From Eledone cirrhosa (lineage: Eukaryota), in assembly GCA_964016885.1 (NCBI GenBank), contig OZ024740.1, positions 212,970,001 to 213,034,000 of the forward strand: a DNA stretch of 64,000 bases. Reading direction: 5' to 3'. The notes beneath the pieces are model-generated. The model worked only from the letters and a program-made list of their open reading frames with translations, did not search any database and had not been told where the DNA came from. Numbering within the stretch: the first letter of the stretch is position 1; each line of letters starts with the position of its first letter. Position numbers and translations under genes: made by a program. Positions 1-12,039 of the stretch are shown here, piece after piece.

Positions 1-3000
1 TTCATGGTTGCCTATTCAGATCACAAACTAGTGACCTGCATGGCCAACCTTGATAGAAACCATAGACAAGGACCCGGCTACTGGAAGCTGAACTTGTCGT
101 TACCGACAAGCAAAGCCTACAGTAGACGGATTAGCACATTAGTTAAACAGCACTTGACAGGGGCCATTGTCAACAACAAATGGTGGTACTCTCTCAAGAG
201 GGCAGTTAGATTAGACTCGATAGTTTTTAGTAAAGAATTAGCGTTAGATAGAAATAGAACCGAGAAGGAACTGGTAGATAAAGTAGAAGAGGCAATTAGA
301 AGTGGCAACGTAGCCAGCGTGCTAGCAATGAGAACGGCCTTGGACCAGTTCTTCGACGCAAAGCACGAGGGCTGCGTTGTCAGAAGCAAAATACGTGCTC
401 TGGGAAACGAGGGAGCCAAAGCTGTTAGCTGGGCCCGAGTGACGGAGGCAAAAAGTGGCAACAAGTCCACGATTCGGTCTTTGAAGGACCAAAACGGACG
501 CGTGATACTTGAGCCGAAGCAGATGTGTGCGGCTTTTCAGCGGCACTCTGCTCGGCTGTTCGGGGGGAGCGGCGCGCCGGGAGGGGCTATGGATTTCGGT
601 CCATACCTCGACGGCCTACCGCGACTCTCGGACAGCGAGGCAAAGTTCTGCGAAAAGCCGATTTCAGTCACTGAGATAGGGGACGCGCTAAGCCAATGCG
701 GCAAACGCAAATCTTCAGGTCTCGACGGTCTACCCTACGAATTTTACGTAGCAATGCCGGACTTATTCTCCGGTCTCCTGGAAGCGGTCTACTGCAACTA
801 GCAACAGAACGGGAGAATTCCCAGTTCTGTAACCGGGGGCGTGGTCACACTAATCAGGAAGGACGAGAATAAGGGGGATGATATAGGCAACTTCCGGCCC
901 ATAGCTCTGCTAAACACAGAGTTACAGATTTTGGCCAAGGTGTTGGCAAAGAGGCTGGCGCTTGTCGTCGAGAACCTGGTGGGAGAGGCGCAGACATGCG
1001 CAATCCCGACCAGGTCCATACACGACAACCTCCACCTCATGCGATACATCATAGAGAGGGTAGGGTGTAAACCCGGCTTCGGTGGGGCCCTGATCAACTT
1101 GGATCAGTCTAAGGCTTTCGATAGGGTAGACCATCGTTACCTGGATGCGGTGCTCGAGGCGGCAGGCTTCGGACACGTGTTCAGGGGCTGGATTGCTGCA
1201 ATGCACAACAGCAACATCTGCTCAAGGGTCAAGGTGAACGGCTACCTCTCGGAGAACGTTCCATATTACGCGATCCATTCGACAGGGATGCCCCCTCTCC
1301 TCCCTTCTGTACGTACTGACTATCGAGCCACTACTGCGGAAGCTGGAGCTATTGCAGGGCATCCATCTGGAACCGGGACTGCGGATAGCGGCGTCGGCCT
1401 ACGCCGACGACGTGACAGTAATGGTGTCGAGCGCCTCGCAAATCGAGGATGTCGGCACCTTACTGAAGGAATACGAAAGTCTTACAGGAGCGAAGCTGAA
1501 CCGGGACAAGTCCATCGGTTTGCAACTCGGATCGTGGAGAGGCAAACCGATGCCTTCCGATGGCGTCGTCGGACGCTGGACGGAAGGATCGGTAAAGCTG
1601 CTCGGGGTCTGGTTTGGTCCGGACCTCCAGGTGGAGAAGAACTGGAACGAAGTGACGGCCAAGGTCTTTGCACTCACCCAGAAGTGGGCCGAGTGCAAAC
1701 TATCCTTGAAAGGTCGAGCGGAGGTGGCGAACACTTTTATAGCGTCCGCCATCTACTACCGCTTGACCGTCGTGCCTTGTCCAGCCAAAACGCTCGCCAA
1801 AATGGAACGCGCGTTCTTCCGATTCCTTTGGAAGATTTGGAAGAGGCGGGCTCCTTTGGTGAGAAGATCCATCTGCTGCCAACACCCTTCTAACGGAGGG
1901 CTGGGGATGCCGTGGTTGACGATGCGCAAACACGCGCTCAGGCTGCGGCATCTCTACGTATTCCTCACCGGACAACCGGTGTGGGCCCCGTTCGTGAGGC
2001 GAGCCTTCCCACGACTCGTCTCGCTGACCGAGCTGCAGTCCTGGGTCAAGCAAAGACCGAGGAAAATGGGCGACTGGAACATCGAATGTGCTCAGGCGCT
2101 CACAGCCCTCTGGCAGGCGGACCCGGCGATCATTGGAGACTCCACTTCGTCATTCTATAGAGGGTTGGTCAGCAGCAAGTGCGACGACGCGCTCGGTGAA
2201 ACTCTAGGCGTAGAGGAAGATGAACTGGCCAGTCTGTTCGGTAAGACCCTCCGCCCGGGAAGATGGACAACTTCCAAAAGTCCCTGGCCTGGCAGTGCTA
2301 CCGAGGAGCTCTACCAGTTCGAGACAAGCTCTACAGACATGGGCGCCCGGGCAGGGACCCTGCAAAAAAGATCTGTCCGAGGTGCGTGCGAGACGAAGAA
2401 ACCTTCGCGCACGCATTCATACACTGCCCGGGCGTCACTGACCTGTGGGGCTATGTAGAACGACTGTTGTCGCGGGTGGGACCAATCCAGTTGACCACCG
2501 AGTCCATTGTCATGATCAAACCGCCACCCTCCTTCAAAAACGAAGGAGAGGCGGTTTTCCTTTGTGTGATAGCTATGGCGAAAGAGGTTGTATGGTGGAC
2601 AAGGTTGAAAGGGCTGAGGTCAGACACCTTTCTCTCCGGCCAACAACTGATTCTTTTTATCAAATACCACTTTGAAAGAAGGATCAGGACAGAGAGAGAG
2701 ATGCTGTACCCCAGCAAGTTTTATGAAAGGTGGGTGAAAGTGGCGAGAATGGCCCGAGTGAATGGGCCTTCTCTCTATATCAGCCTGTAGGTTGAGGAAA
2801 AGGAGGAGGAGAGGAAAGGAGTACAAACGCTTCGTACTCCTGGAGATGAGGGTTGCACATTTTTTTTTCGGGGGTATGTGTTACTCATATAAACTGTCTC
2901 CCTCTATTGGGGAAAATCGACTAACTTTTTAAATTCCATTTGTGATAACATTTTACACTTTTTTATTGTATCTAAACTTCCCCCTTTATATTTGTCTCCT

Positions 3001-3030
3001 TCTTTTGTGCCCCTGTGGCTAATAAAGAAA
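1..3030 (+). mobile_element. Tx1/L1-clade LINE copy E1 (starts before the window; ORF2 disrupted)
   Basis: ORF pieces 4-801, 841-~1250, 1352-~2250 and 2263-2790 give the EN-RT linker (GPGYWKLN), RT motifs (GLDGLPYEFY, NFRPIALLN, LDQSKAFDRVDH, AYADD) and a C-terminal CPRC..E..H...C zinc finger. Stops and frameshifts are present. The 3' end is GTGGCTAATAAAGAAA followed by TATC repeats. Confidence 0.95.
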
Positions 3031-3040
3031 TATATCTATC

Positions 3041-6000
3041 AGACGTGTGTAACTTCGCGGAGAAGTTTCCGTTAATTTATGTAAGAAAAAAACGTGAGTT
3101 TTTAGTTAAATTTTATATCATTGTGTAACTCGACCCCCCGTCGGGACCTTCAGGTGGTGGGTCAACTCATGTTCGCCCCTACAGGGGCGGAATATCCATT
3201 TGAAATATTTTTTCTCCATCGAATCTTGGAAAAAAATATTGTAAAATTTTGATTACGTTATGAACGCTGCGTCCAACGATAATGGTGGTGGAGAGGCGGT
3301 AAGACTACAAAGCTCGCAGTCAACAACGTCTTCTTCACTAGATACTATAGAGATGGAAAGACGAAATGAAAATGTAAAAACGAATTCATATCCAAACAAC
3401 ACAAATGACACCTAACAATTCAATGACAACAAAAATAACAGCAACACCAATAATGATGATAAAAGTAACAATGATAACAACAACAAAGAAAAAAATAAAG
3501 ACAACACCAATAACACCAGCATCAAAGACAACAACAACACCAAGGAAAATACGAATAATACCAACATCGGTGACAACTGGAATAACAACAACAATAACAA
3601 CAATAATGACAAAACCACCAATACGGATTCCACAAAGAAACCAAAACTTCCTTTGCAGAGAAAGTTCAAAAAAAGGAGGAATTGATATATCTCGACATAA
3701 CAAAAGCTAAACAACTTTTAAAGGACGCTAGGAGATATGTCACTTTCGAAAAAAATGGTGCTTTCAGCATCAATTCTCCGGTAGAAATTCGCAAGGATAC
3801 TGTTCTCAAAACGATAGTTTTTAGGACAGTTTCCAATTCTACCCGAAAACCAGTCCAATTGACGGCCCAAAATTACTCGTGTCGCCAATTGTATCCAACC
3901 TGTACACCTTTTTCCCTACATACATGGGAAAAGGGACACAAAAGATCAGAATCACGAGTGTCACACCAAAGGTGAACATATGGTGGATACTGTGCGGCTT
4001 CATCAATTTTGATGAAGACAGAATACTGTCAGTAGGAAAGTCCCCCAGAGATGTATTCAATGGGACTAGCATTGAAATTCTGGTGTAAATGAGCCCAGAG
4101 CGAATAGCTATGATCCCACAACGTGTACTCCTGGACGAACTCACCTACATAAACTTTTCGGTTGAGGGTAGGCGGCCTTCACGTTACCATTGGTTTAGCA
4201 GGGGTCACCTGAGGGCTTCCTGTCCTAAATTAATGAATAAAAAAAGGCTCTTCTGCCGACACCCATCAAAACAACACAACCACCAACACCACCACAACAA
4301 CAACAACACCAACACACAAAAATAACCACAACAAACACAGTCTCACCCAACCCCACTCCACCTAAAACCACTGCAAAATTACATACAGACACAACAGCTC
4401 CCCAAGACATACCCCTCCCCAATCATACAGACGATACAACAGATGAGGCTATCTCGCCATCACCCAGTGAAGACGAGGGAGAACCCAATCGCTCGAAAAG
4501 AAAGAAAAGACATCACAAAAGCAAAAAACCAGCAAACACTACCACAAACATACAACCACCAACAGAAACAACAAAAACATCACAAACAAAACCCCCACCT
4601 CCTGAAAACAAAATACCTACAACAAAACGAAAGCACACACAAGAACTACAGACAAAAACAAACACAACACAAGAAAATTACACTTACACTTACATAAACA
4701 CTGAAAACAAAACACAAATGGAGACCATCACGAACGACCCTTCGGTTTTCACCGAAGGGAAAACTTTCGCCCACTCTATTAAAAATAGCAAAAAACTGAA
4801 CCTAAAACTGATTAGGGTCCCTATACAAACTTATAGGTCCCTAAAAGAAACATTTGAGAAGGATGTGGGGAATTCCTGCGTGAAACCACTCAACCGCGTC
4901 CTTCTCAAATGTCTCCCCACCCCAGACACCCCCATCCCTCCAGACCCCACCCCACCAAACATCTGAGTCCCCACCCCGCCGGAAACCACCACCCATCCAG
5001 ACAACCCCTCCAACACCCCCATGGAAATCGTGCGGCCTGGGCCCAGAAGACGAAGGGTGAGTGATCTCTTTTCCTCTTTTAACTTTTCAGCACCAACATG
5101 GCCAATATAAGAGTTGGATGTGTGAACGCACGCGGCCTGGGGATGCCCTGGAAACAGGGCAAACTCTTAAACGACCTCAGGTCGCACAATATGGATGTGG
5201 TAGTCATTTGCGAGTCCAGGATCCACGGCGAGCGACAGCTGGCCCCCATCTTCGAAAACTTTGAGATCTACGCATCTCCCTGTCAACCGGGGGGTGGGGG
5301 AGGAGTTGCCGTTTTGCTGCGGAAACACCTGGGCCTCGTAACACAGACGGTACATCTGGACCCGGAGGGTCGACTGGTGGTCCTAGACGTTGACGGTAGA
5401 GAAGGTGGAGCCTTCAGGCTGGTGGACGCATATGCCCCATCCGGGACACCGCGGCCAGACTTCTTCAAACGTCTAGAGACTTTTCTGGGAACGTCTCGGA
5501 CCCTGCAAAAAAAGATCTGTCCGAGGTGCGTGCGAGACGAAGAAACCTTCGCGCACGCATTCATACACTGCCCGGGCGTCACTGACCTGTGGGGCTATGT
5601 AGAACGACTATTGTCGCGGGTGGGACCAATCCAGTTGACCACCGAGTCCATTGTCATGATCAAACCGCCACTCTCCTTCAAAAACGAAGGAGAGGCGGTT
5701 TTTCTTTGTGTGATAGCTATGGCGAAAGAGGTTGTATGGTGGACAAGGTTGAAAGGGCTGAGGTCAGACACCTTTCTCTCCGGCCAACAACTGATTCTTT
5801 TTTTCAAATACTACTTTGGAAGAAGAATCAGGATGGAGAGAGAGGTGCTGTACCCCAGCAAGTTTTATGAAAGGTGGGTGAAAGTGGCGAGAATGGCCCG
5901 AGTGAATGGGCCTTCTGTCTATATCAGCCTGTAGGTTGAGGAAAAGGAGGAGGAGAGGAAAGGAGTACAAACTCTTCGTACCCCTGGAGATGAGGGTTGC

Positions 6001-6175
6001 ACATTTTTTTTTCGGGGGTATGTGTTACCCATATAAACTGTCTCCCTCTATTGGGGAAAATCGACTAACTTTTTAAATTCCATTTGTGATAACATTTTAC
6101 ACGTTTTTATTGTATCTAAACTTCCCCCTTTGTATTTGTCCCCTTCTTTTGTGCCCCTGTGGCTAATAAAGAAAT
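3041..6175 (+). mobile_element. Tx1-clade LINE copy E2 with degenerate ORF1 and internally deleted ORF2
   Basis: ORF1 remnants (YTFFPTYMGKGTQKI) are homologous to E3 ORF1. ORF 5098-5934 fuses the APE N-terminus directly to the C-terminal zinc finger. 5498-6180 is almost identical to 2355-3040. Confidence 0.93.
5098..5934 (+). CDS. Open 278-aa fusion ORF: truncated APE endonuclease plus C-terminal zinc-finger region, no RT
   Basis: MANIRVGCVNARGL..ICESR..FLGTSR joins LQKKICPRCVRDEETFAHAFIHC at about 5498. Expression is unknown. Confidence 0.55.
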   Translation: MANIRVGCVNARGLGMPWKQGKLLNDLRSHNMDVVVICESRIHGERQLAPIFENFEIYASPCQPGGGGGVAVLLRKHLGLVTQTVHLDPEGRLVVLDVDGREGGAFRLVDAYAPSGTPRPDFFKRLETFLGTSRTLQKKICPRCVRDEETFAHAFIHCPGVTDLWGYVERLLSRVGPIQLTTESIVMIKPPLSFKNEGEAVFLCVIAMAKEVVWWTRLKGLRSDTFLSGQQLILFFKYYFGRRIRMEREVLYPSKFYERWVKVARMARVNGPSVYISL

Positions 6176-6433
6176 ATATCTATCTATCTCTCTTTCTGTC
6201 TGACGTGTGGAACATCGCCGGTAAGCTTTTTTGTTAATTTCTATGCAAAAAAACGATCTAATTGTTTGAAAAAACACAACACTTTGTAGATTAACCCCCA
6301 AGCTGAATTGTCAGCAGGGTGATAATTCCATTTTTCGCCCCTGTAGGGGCGAAAATTTTATTTTAAAAATTTGTTTTAAAATATCAGATTTTACAAAGTA
6401 AATAACTTGAGCAACACATCTGCTTCTGCTACT

Positions 6434-8242
6434 ATGGACGTCGCCATAGATACAACTGTCACAAAAGAAAAAAATATATTAACATTTGAAAATTTTACAA
6501 TTTCTACCGCGGAAGAAAATAACAATAACACACAGGAAAACACAGCAAAAAAACCCATTGACATACATACACATGAAAAAGACATCAACAACTCTACAGA
6601 TACATCTACACATAAAGTTTCACCTCGACAAGGAACTGAGATTTCCAATAAAGATAACAACATCATCAACAGCAACACCACACAAAAAAAGAAAATGTCT
6701 TTCGCTGACACAGTGAACAAGAAACAAGATCTTATAAATCTTGATATCTCCAACGCAAGAGATATGCTCCAGCAAGGGAGAAAATGTGTAACTTTCGAAG
6801 AAAGAGGTGGGTTTAGAATTAACTCACCCCTTGAAATAAAGGAAAACACAAACCGCCGATCAGTCACTTTTAGGACTGTGTTAAATTCGTCAAGAAAGCC
6901 GACATTTGTTAATCAAGCAGATATAGAAGATTCTTTCAAGGAAATTCTAGCAAATGTCGATTTTCTCCAGCGAGGAAAACACTACGGAAGTGTTTCCGTA
7001 CTGTTTAAAAGCGAGGCACTCGCCCCAAAAAACTCTGTGACACCAATAGTGTCAAAAGCATACACCTTTTTCCCTACATACATGGGGAAAAGGACACAAA
7101 AAATAAAAATAAAAATCATACCTCCAAGCATTTACATCTGGTGGATCTTGGCTGGCTTCGTAGAGCCCGAAACAGACATAATACTTTCGATACGAAAATC
7201 TATTCGACAAAGGTGGGCGGGCACAGATTTGGAGATTCTGTTGCAAATGAAACCGGAGAGAATCTCCAAAATACCCGAAAGAGTCGTTATTGATAATAAC
7301 AACAAAATAAACATTTCGGTAGAAGGACGAAAATTTCATTGCTTTCGCTGTGGTAGCACAGCTCACCTAAAAGCTTCTTGTCCACAAACACACAACAACA
7401 ACATCATAAAAAAAACGCTATTACCAACACCAACACCAAAACAACCACCACCACCACAAGTACAACGACAGACGAAACGAACAACCACACCAAAACAAAC
7501 AGACACTCAACCAACAACAACAGAAAAAACAGAGACAACACCCCTGAAGAACACATCCCCACTCCATCCCACTCCATCAAACACTACCACAAACACACAT
7601 ACCGAAACACCACCACCACCACACAACATACCCTTACCCCCCACACCTGACGATGATTATTCATCGACGGATGAAGCTGCTTCTCCTTCTTTAAGTGAAG
7701 AAGAGGGAGAACCGCAGAAATCTAAAAAACAAAAAAAAGAGACATCACAAAACCCCCAAAACTCCAATCACCAACACCAACACACAACCACAGACACAAA
7801 CAACAACACAAACAACACCACAGTCAAACACCCCCTATCAGCAAAACCAGCACCAACACCACCCCAAACACAAGCACCCACCATAAAAAGAAAACTCCCA
7901 GACGAACAACAAACTAAAACAACACAACAAAAACACAAACAACAATACGCATAAATCAACGCAAACAACAAGAGTTTGATGGAGGTCATCTCCCAAAACC
8001 CCAAGGTGGAGACGGAGGGCAAAACTTTCGTCAAGGCAGAATCGTCTCCACACCTTAAACTTATAAGGGTTTCTATGGAAACCTATAAAGACCTAAAAAT
8101 TAAATTTTCACAGGACGTGGGCAACCCCTGCCACAAACCCATCAACCGCGTCCTGTTTAAATGTTTCCCCACCCCACCCAACACCCCATCCAGCACCCAA
8201 ATGGAGATTGAACAACCCGATCTCCAGGAAACGAAAAGGTAA
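6434..8242 (+). pseudogene. Tx1 ORF1 (gag-like, CCHC zinc knuckle, Pro/Thr-rich linker) with one internal stop at 7952-7954
   Basis: CFRCGSTAHLKASC fits C-x2-C-x4-H-x4-C. The frame continues as ORF 7976-8242. Confidence 0.88.
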
Positions 8243-8283
8243 GTGCACCTTTCGCCCTTTTTCTCCAACTTTTCCTCACCAAC

Positions 8284-11200
8284 ATGGCTGGTTTACGAGT
8301 TGGAACCGTGAATGTGCGTGGCCTAGGGATGCCCTGGAAACAGGGCCAACTTTTAAACGACCTTAGGTCACACAGTATGGATGTGATAGCCATCACCGAG
8401 TCCAGGATCCACAACAGGCAGCAACTAACCCCCATCTTCGACGACTTTGAGATCTACGCATCTCTCTGTCAGCCAGGAGGTGGAGGTGGAGTGGCTGTTA
8501 TGTTTCGGAAGAACCTGGACGTCGGAGTACAGCAAGTACACTTGGACCCGGAGGGTAGACTGGTAGTCCTAGACGTGAACAGTATCGGAGGAGGAGCCTT
8601 CAGACTAGTGGCCGTTTATGCCCCGACCGGGCAATCGCAATCACGGCCAGACTTCTTTAAGCGTCTAGTCTTTTCTGGGAACGTCTCGCTCCTTACTTTT
8701 AGTGGGGGACTGGAATGGTATCCTAGATGCACGATGGCTCTATGTGGGAGCATGTCCCAGTAGAGCGGGGTGCAACAGCCTCAAAACTTTAATCGGCCAA
8801 TTCCAACTGGCCGATAGGTATCGACTGGATTTCCCGACTGCACCACAGTGGACGTGGGTAAACCGCAGTGGGACATCTAGATCGTATTTAGATAGGTTCT
8901 TCATTAGAGAAAGGGACAAGGAGATGTTAAGCTGTCCACGAATGCACATGGTTGCCTATTCAGATCACAAGTTAGTCGTCTGCTTAGTCAACCGTGATAG
9001 AATACATAGACAGGGTCCCGGATACTGGAAGCTGAACGTGTCGTTGCCGGCACGTAAAGCTTACAGTGAACGGATAAGTAGACTAGTCAAGCAACAGTTA
9101 ACGGGAGCCATCGTCAACAATAGATGGTGGTACTCTCTCAAGAAAGCAATTAGAATAGAATCGATAGGGTATAGCAGAGAGTTAGCCTTAGAGAAAAACA
9201 GAATAGAAAGAGAACTAGTAGCCAAGGTAGATGAGGCACTTAGAAGTGGCAACGCGGCTAGAGTGTTAGCGTCGAGAACGGCACTGGACCAGTTCTTCGA
9301 TGCGAAACACGAAGGCTGCGTGGTCAGAAGCAAAACACGTGCTCTAGGAAACGAAGGAGCGAAAGCTGTCAGCTGGGCCCGTGTGGCGGAGGCAAAAAGT
9401 GGCAACAAGACCACGATTCGGTCTTTGAAAGACAAAAACGGACGCGTGCAACTTGACCCCAAGCAAATGTGCGCGGCCTTTCAGCGGCACTTTGCGCGAC
9501 TGTTTGAGCAGAACGACGGTGAGCCGAACGGGGCAATGGACTTTAGTTCATACCTCGACGGCCTGCCGCGTCTCTCGAACACGGAAGCCGAGTTCTGCGA
9601 AAGACCGATCACGGACACTTAGATACGGGACGCTCTGGGCCGCTGCGGGAAACGCAAGTCACCCGGTCTAGATGGTCTACCCTACGAATTTTACATAGGC
9701 ATGCCAGACTTGTTCTCTGGCGTTCTCGAAGCCGTCTACTGCAATTGGCAGCAGAACGGGAGAATTCCCAGTTCTGCAGGCAAGGGCGTAGTAACGCTGA
9801 TCAGGAAAGACGAGAACAAGGTGGACGAAATTAACAACTTCAGGCCCATAAGAGTTAAACACAGGCTCAACACAGAGTTAAAAATTTTGGCCAAGGTGCT
9901 AGTGACGAGGCTGGCGCTTGTCGTCGAGAAACTGGTAGGGAAAGCGCAAACGTGTGCAATCCCGACCAGATCCATACACGACAACCTCCACTTCATGCGA
10001 TACATCATAGAGAGGGTGGGTAGTAAACCCGGCTTCGGTGGGGCTCTGATCAACTTGGATCAGTCTAAGGCATTCGATAGGGTCGACCATCGATACTTGG
10101 AAGCGGTTCTCAAGGCGGCCAGTTTCGGTCCCATGTTCAGAGGATGGATCGAGGCGATGCACACCAGCATCTGCTCGAGGGTCAAGGTGAATGGCTACCT
10201 ATCGGAGCCGTTCGCAATCACGCATTCCATTCGACAGTGATGCCCTCTCTCCTCCATTCTGTATGTATTGACTCTAGAGCCACTACTGCGGAAATTGGAG
10301 CTGTTGTAGGGCATCCCCCTAGAACCGGGACTGCGCAAAGCGGCGTCGGCTTATGCCGACGACGTAACGGTAATGGTGTCGAGCACCTCAGAAATCGGGG
10401 TGATCGGCAACTTACTGAAAGAATACGAAACGCTGACGGGAGCAAAATTAAACCCAGACATGTCTGTCGGTTTGCAACTCGGTGCGTGGAGAGGCAAACC
10501 GATTACATCCGACACCGTCGTTGGACGCTAGACGGACGGACCGGTGAAATTGCTCGGGGTCTGGTTCGGTCCAGACCTCCAGTTGGAGAAAAACTGGAAC
10601 GAGGTCACGGCCAAGGTGTTTGCACTCACTCAGAAGTGGGCAGAGTGCAAACTGTCCTTGAAATGTCGATCGGAGGTGGCGAAAACTTTCATAGCGTCCG
10701 TCATCTACTACCGCTTGACTGTCGTGCCTTGTCCCCGTGAACACCTCGCCATGATGGAACGCATGCTCTTCTAATTTCTGTGGAAGAAGCAGGCTCCGCT
10801 GGTGAGGAGATCCGTCTGCTGTCAGCACCCTTCCAACAGAGGGCTGGGAATGCCGTGGCTGATGATGCGCAAACATGCGCTGAGGCTGCGGCATCTCCAG
10901 GTATTCCTCACCGACCCCCAACCGGTGTGGGCACCGTTTGTGAGACAGGCTTTCCCACAGCTCGTCTCGCTAACGGAGCTGCAGTCCTGGGTGAAGAAAA
11001 GACCGAAAACGATGGGCGCCTGGCACATTGAATGCGCTCAGGCGCTCACAGTCCTCTGGCAAGCGGGCGCAGCAATCAGTGGAGACTCCACTTCGACATT
11101 CTATAGAGGGATTGTACGTTACAAGGGCGACGACGTGCTCGGAGAGACTCTGGGCGTCGAAGAAGATGAGCTCACCAGTCTGTTTGGTAGGACTTTCCGC

Positions 11201-11737
11201 CCGGGACCTATGGACAACTTCCAGAGGTCCCTGGCCTGGCAGTGCTACCGAGGAGCTCTACCGGTTCGTGACAAGATCTACAGGCACGGACGCCCTGGCA
11301 GTGATCCTTCCAAGAGGACGTGTCCAAGATGTGCGCAGGACATTGAAACAGTTCTGCACGCAATTGTACGCTGCCCGGGCGTAAGCGACCTGTGGAACTA
11401 TGCAGAACAACTGCTGTCGCGTATGGGACAAATCCAGTTGACTGCCGAGTCCATAGTAAGGATCAAACCGCCAGCCTCTTTCAAAAACGAAAGAGAGGCG
11501 GTTTTCCTCTGTACGGTAGCTATGGTGAAAGAAGTTATATGGTAGACGAGGTTGAGAGGACTGAGGACAGATGCCTTTCTCTGCGGACAACAATTGATTC
11601 CCTTCTTTAAGTATCACTTTAGAAGGAGAATCAGGGTGGAGAGAGAGGCACTGCACCCCAGTAAATTTACTGAAAGGTGGGTGAATGAAGCGAAAATGGC
11701 CCGAGTGATTGGGCCTTCTCTGTTTATAAGCCTATAG
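8284..11737 (+). pseudogene. Tx1 ORF2 (APE endonuclease, reverse transcriptase, zinc finger), disrupted
   Basis: VNVRGL, GDWN, SYLDR, YSDH, KAFDRVDH, AYADD (10350-10363) and CPRC motifs occur in order across successive ORF pieces. Confidence 0.93.
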
Positions 11738-12039
11738 GTTGAGGAAGAGAGCAAAAGGAAGAAAGGAGCACTTGCACAACACGCTCCTGGAGTTGAGGGT
11801 TGTTCTATCGACGGGGTATTAAACAAGCCATTTTTGGCGCTTACCCCCTATTGGGGATTTCGATTGATGAAATTGTTTGTTTTTATATTTTTTACACGAC
11901 TGTATGTAAAATCCCCGGCATGTCTTTGTATTGTCCCCTTTTCTTGTTGCGCCCTTGTGGCTAATAAAGAAATCTATCTATCTATCTATCTATCGATCGA
12001 TTGATCTATCGATCTATCTCTCTCTATATATATATGAAA

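Larger units (their letters stand above)
6200..11972 (+). mobile_element. Full-length but inactivated Tx1-clade LINE copy E3
   Basis: 5' UTR, ORF1 6434-8242, ORF2 8284-11737 (APE, RT, zinc finger) with several stops and frameshifts, and a 3' UTR ending AATAAAGAAA then (TCTA)n. Confidence 0.96.

Noticed and set aside
117-2053. Many antisense and alternative-frame ORFs over the Tx1 ORF2 copies
   Set aside because: Shadow frames of GC-rich RT coding sequence; they recur only because the elements are paralogous.
11738-11822. Apparently conserved basic peptide (LRKR..KE..LE.RV) after ORF2 in E1, E2 and E3
   Set aside because: Another frame looks equally similar and E5 lacks it, so nucleotide relatedness explains it unless splicing is shown.
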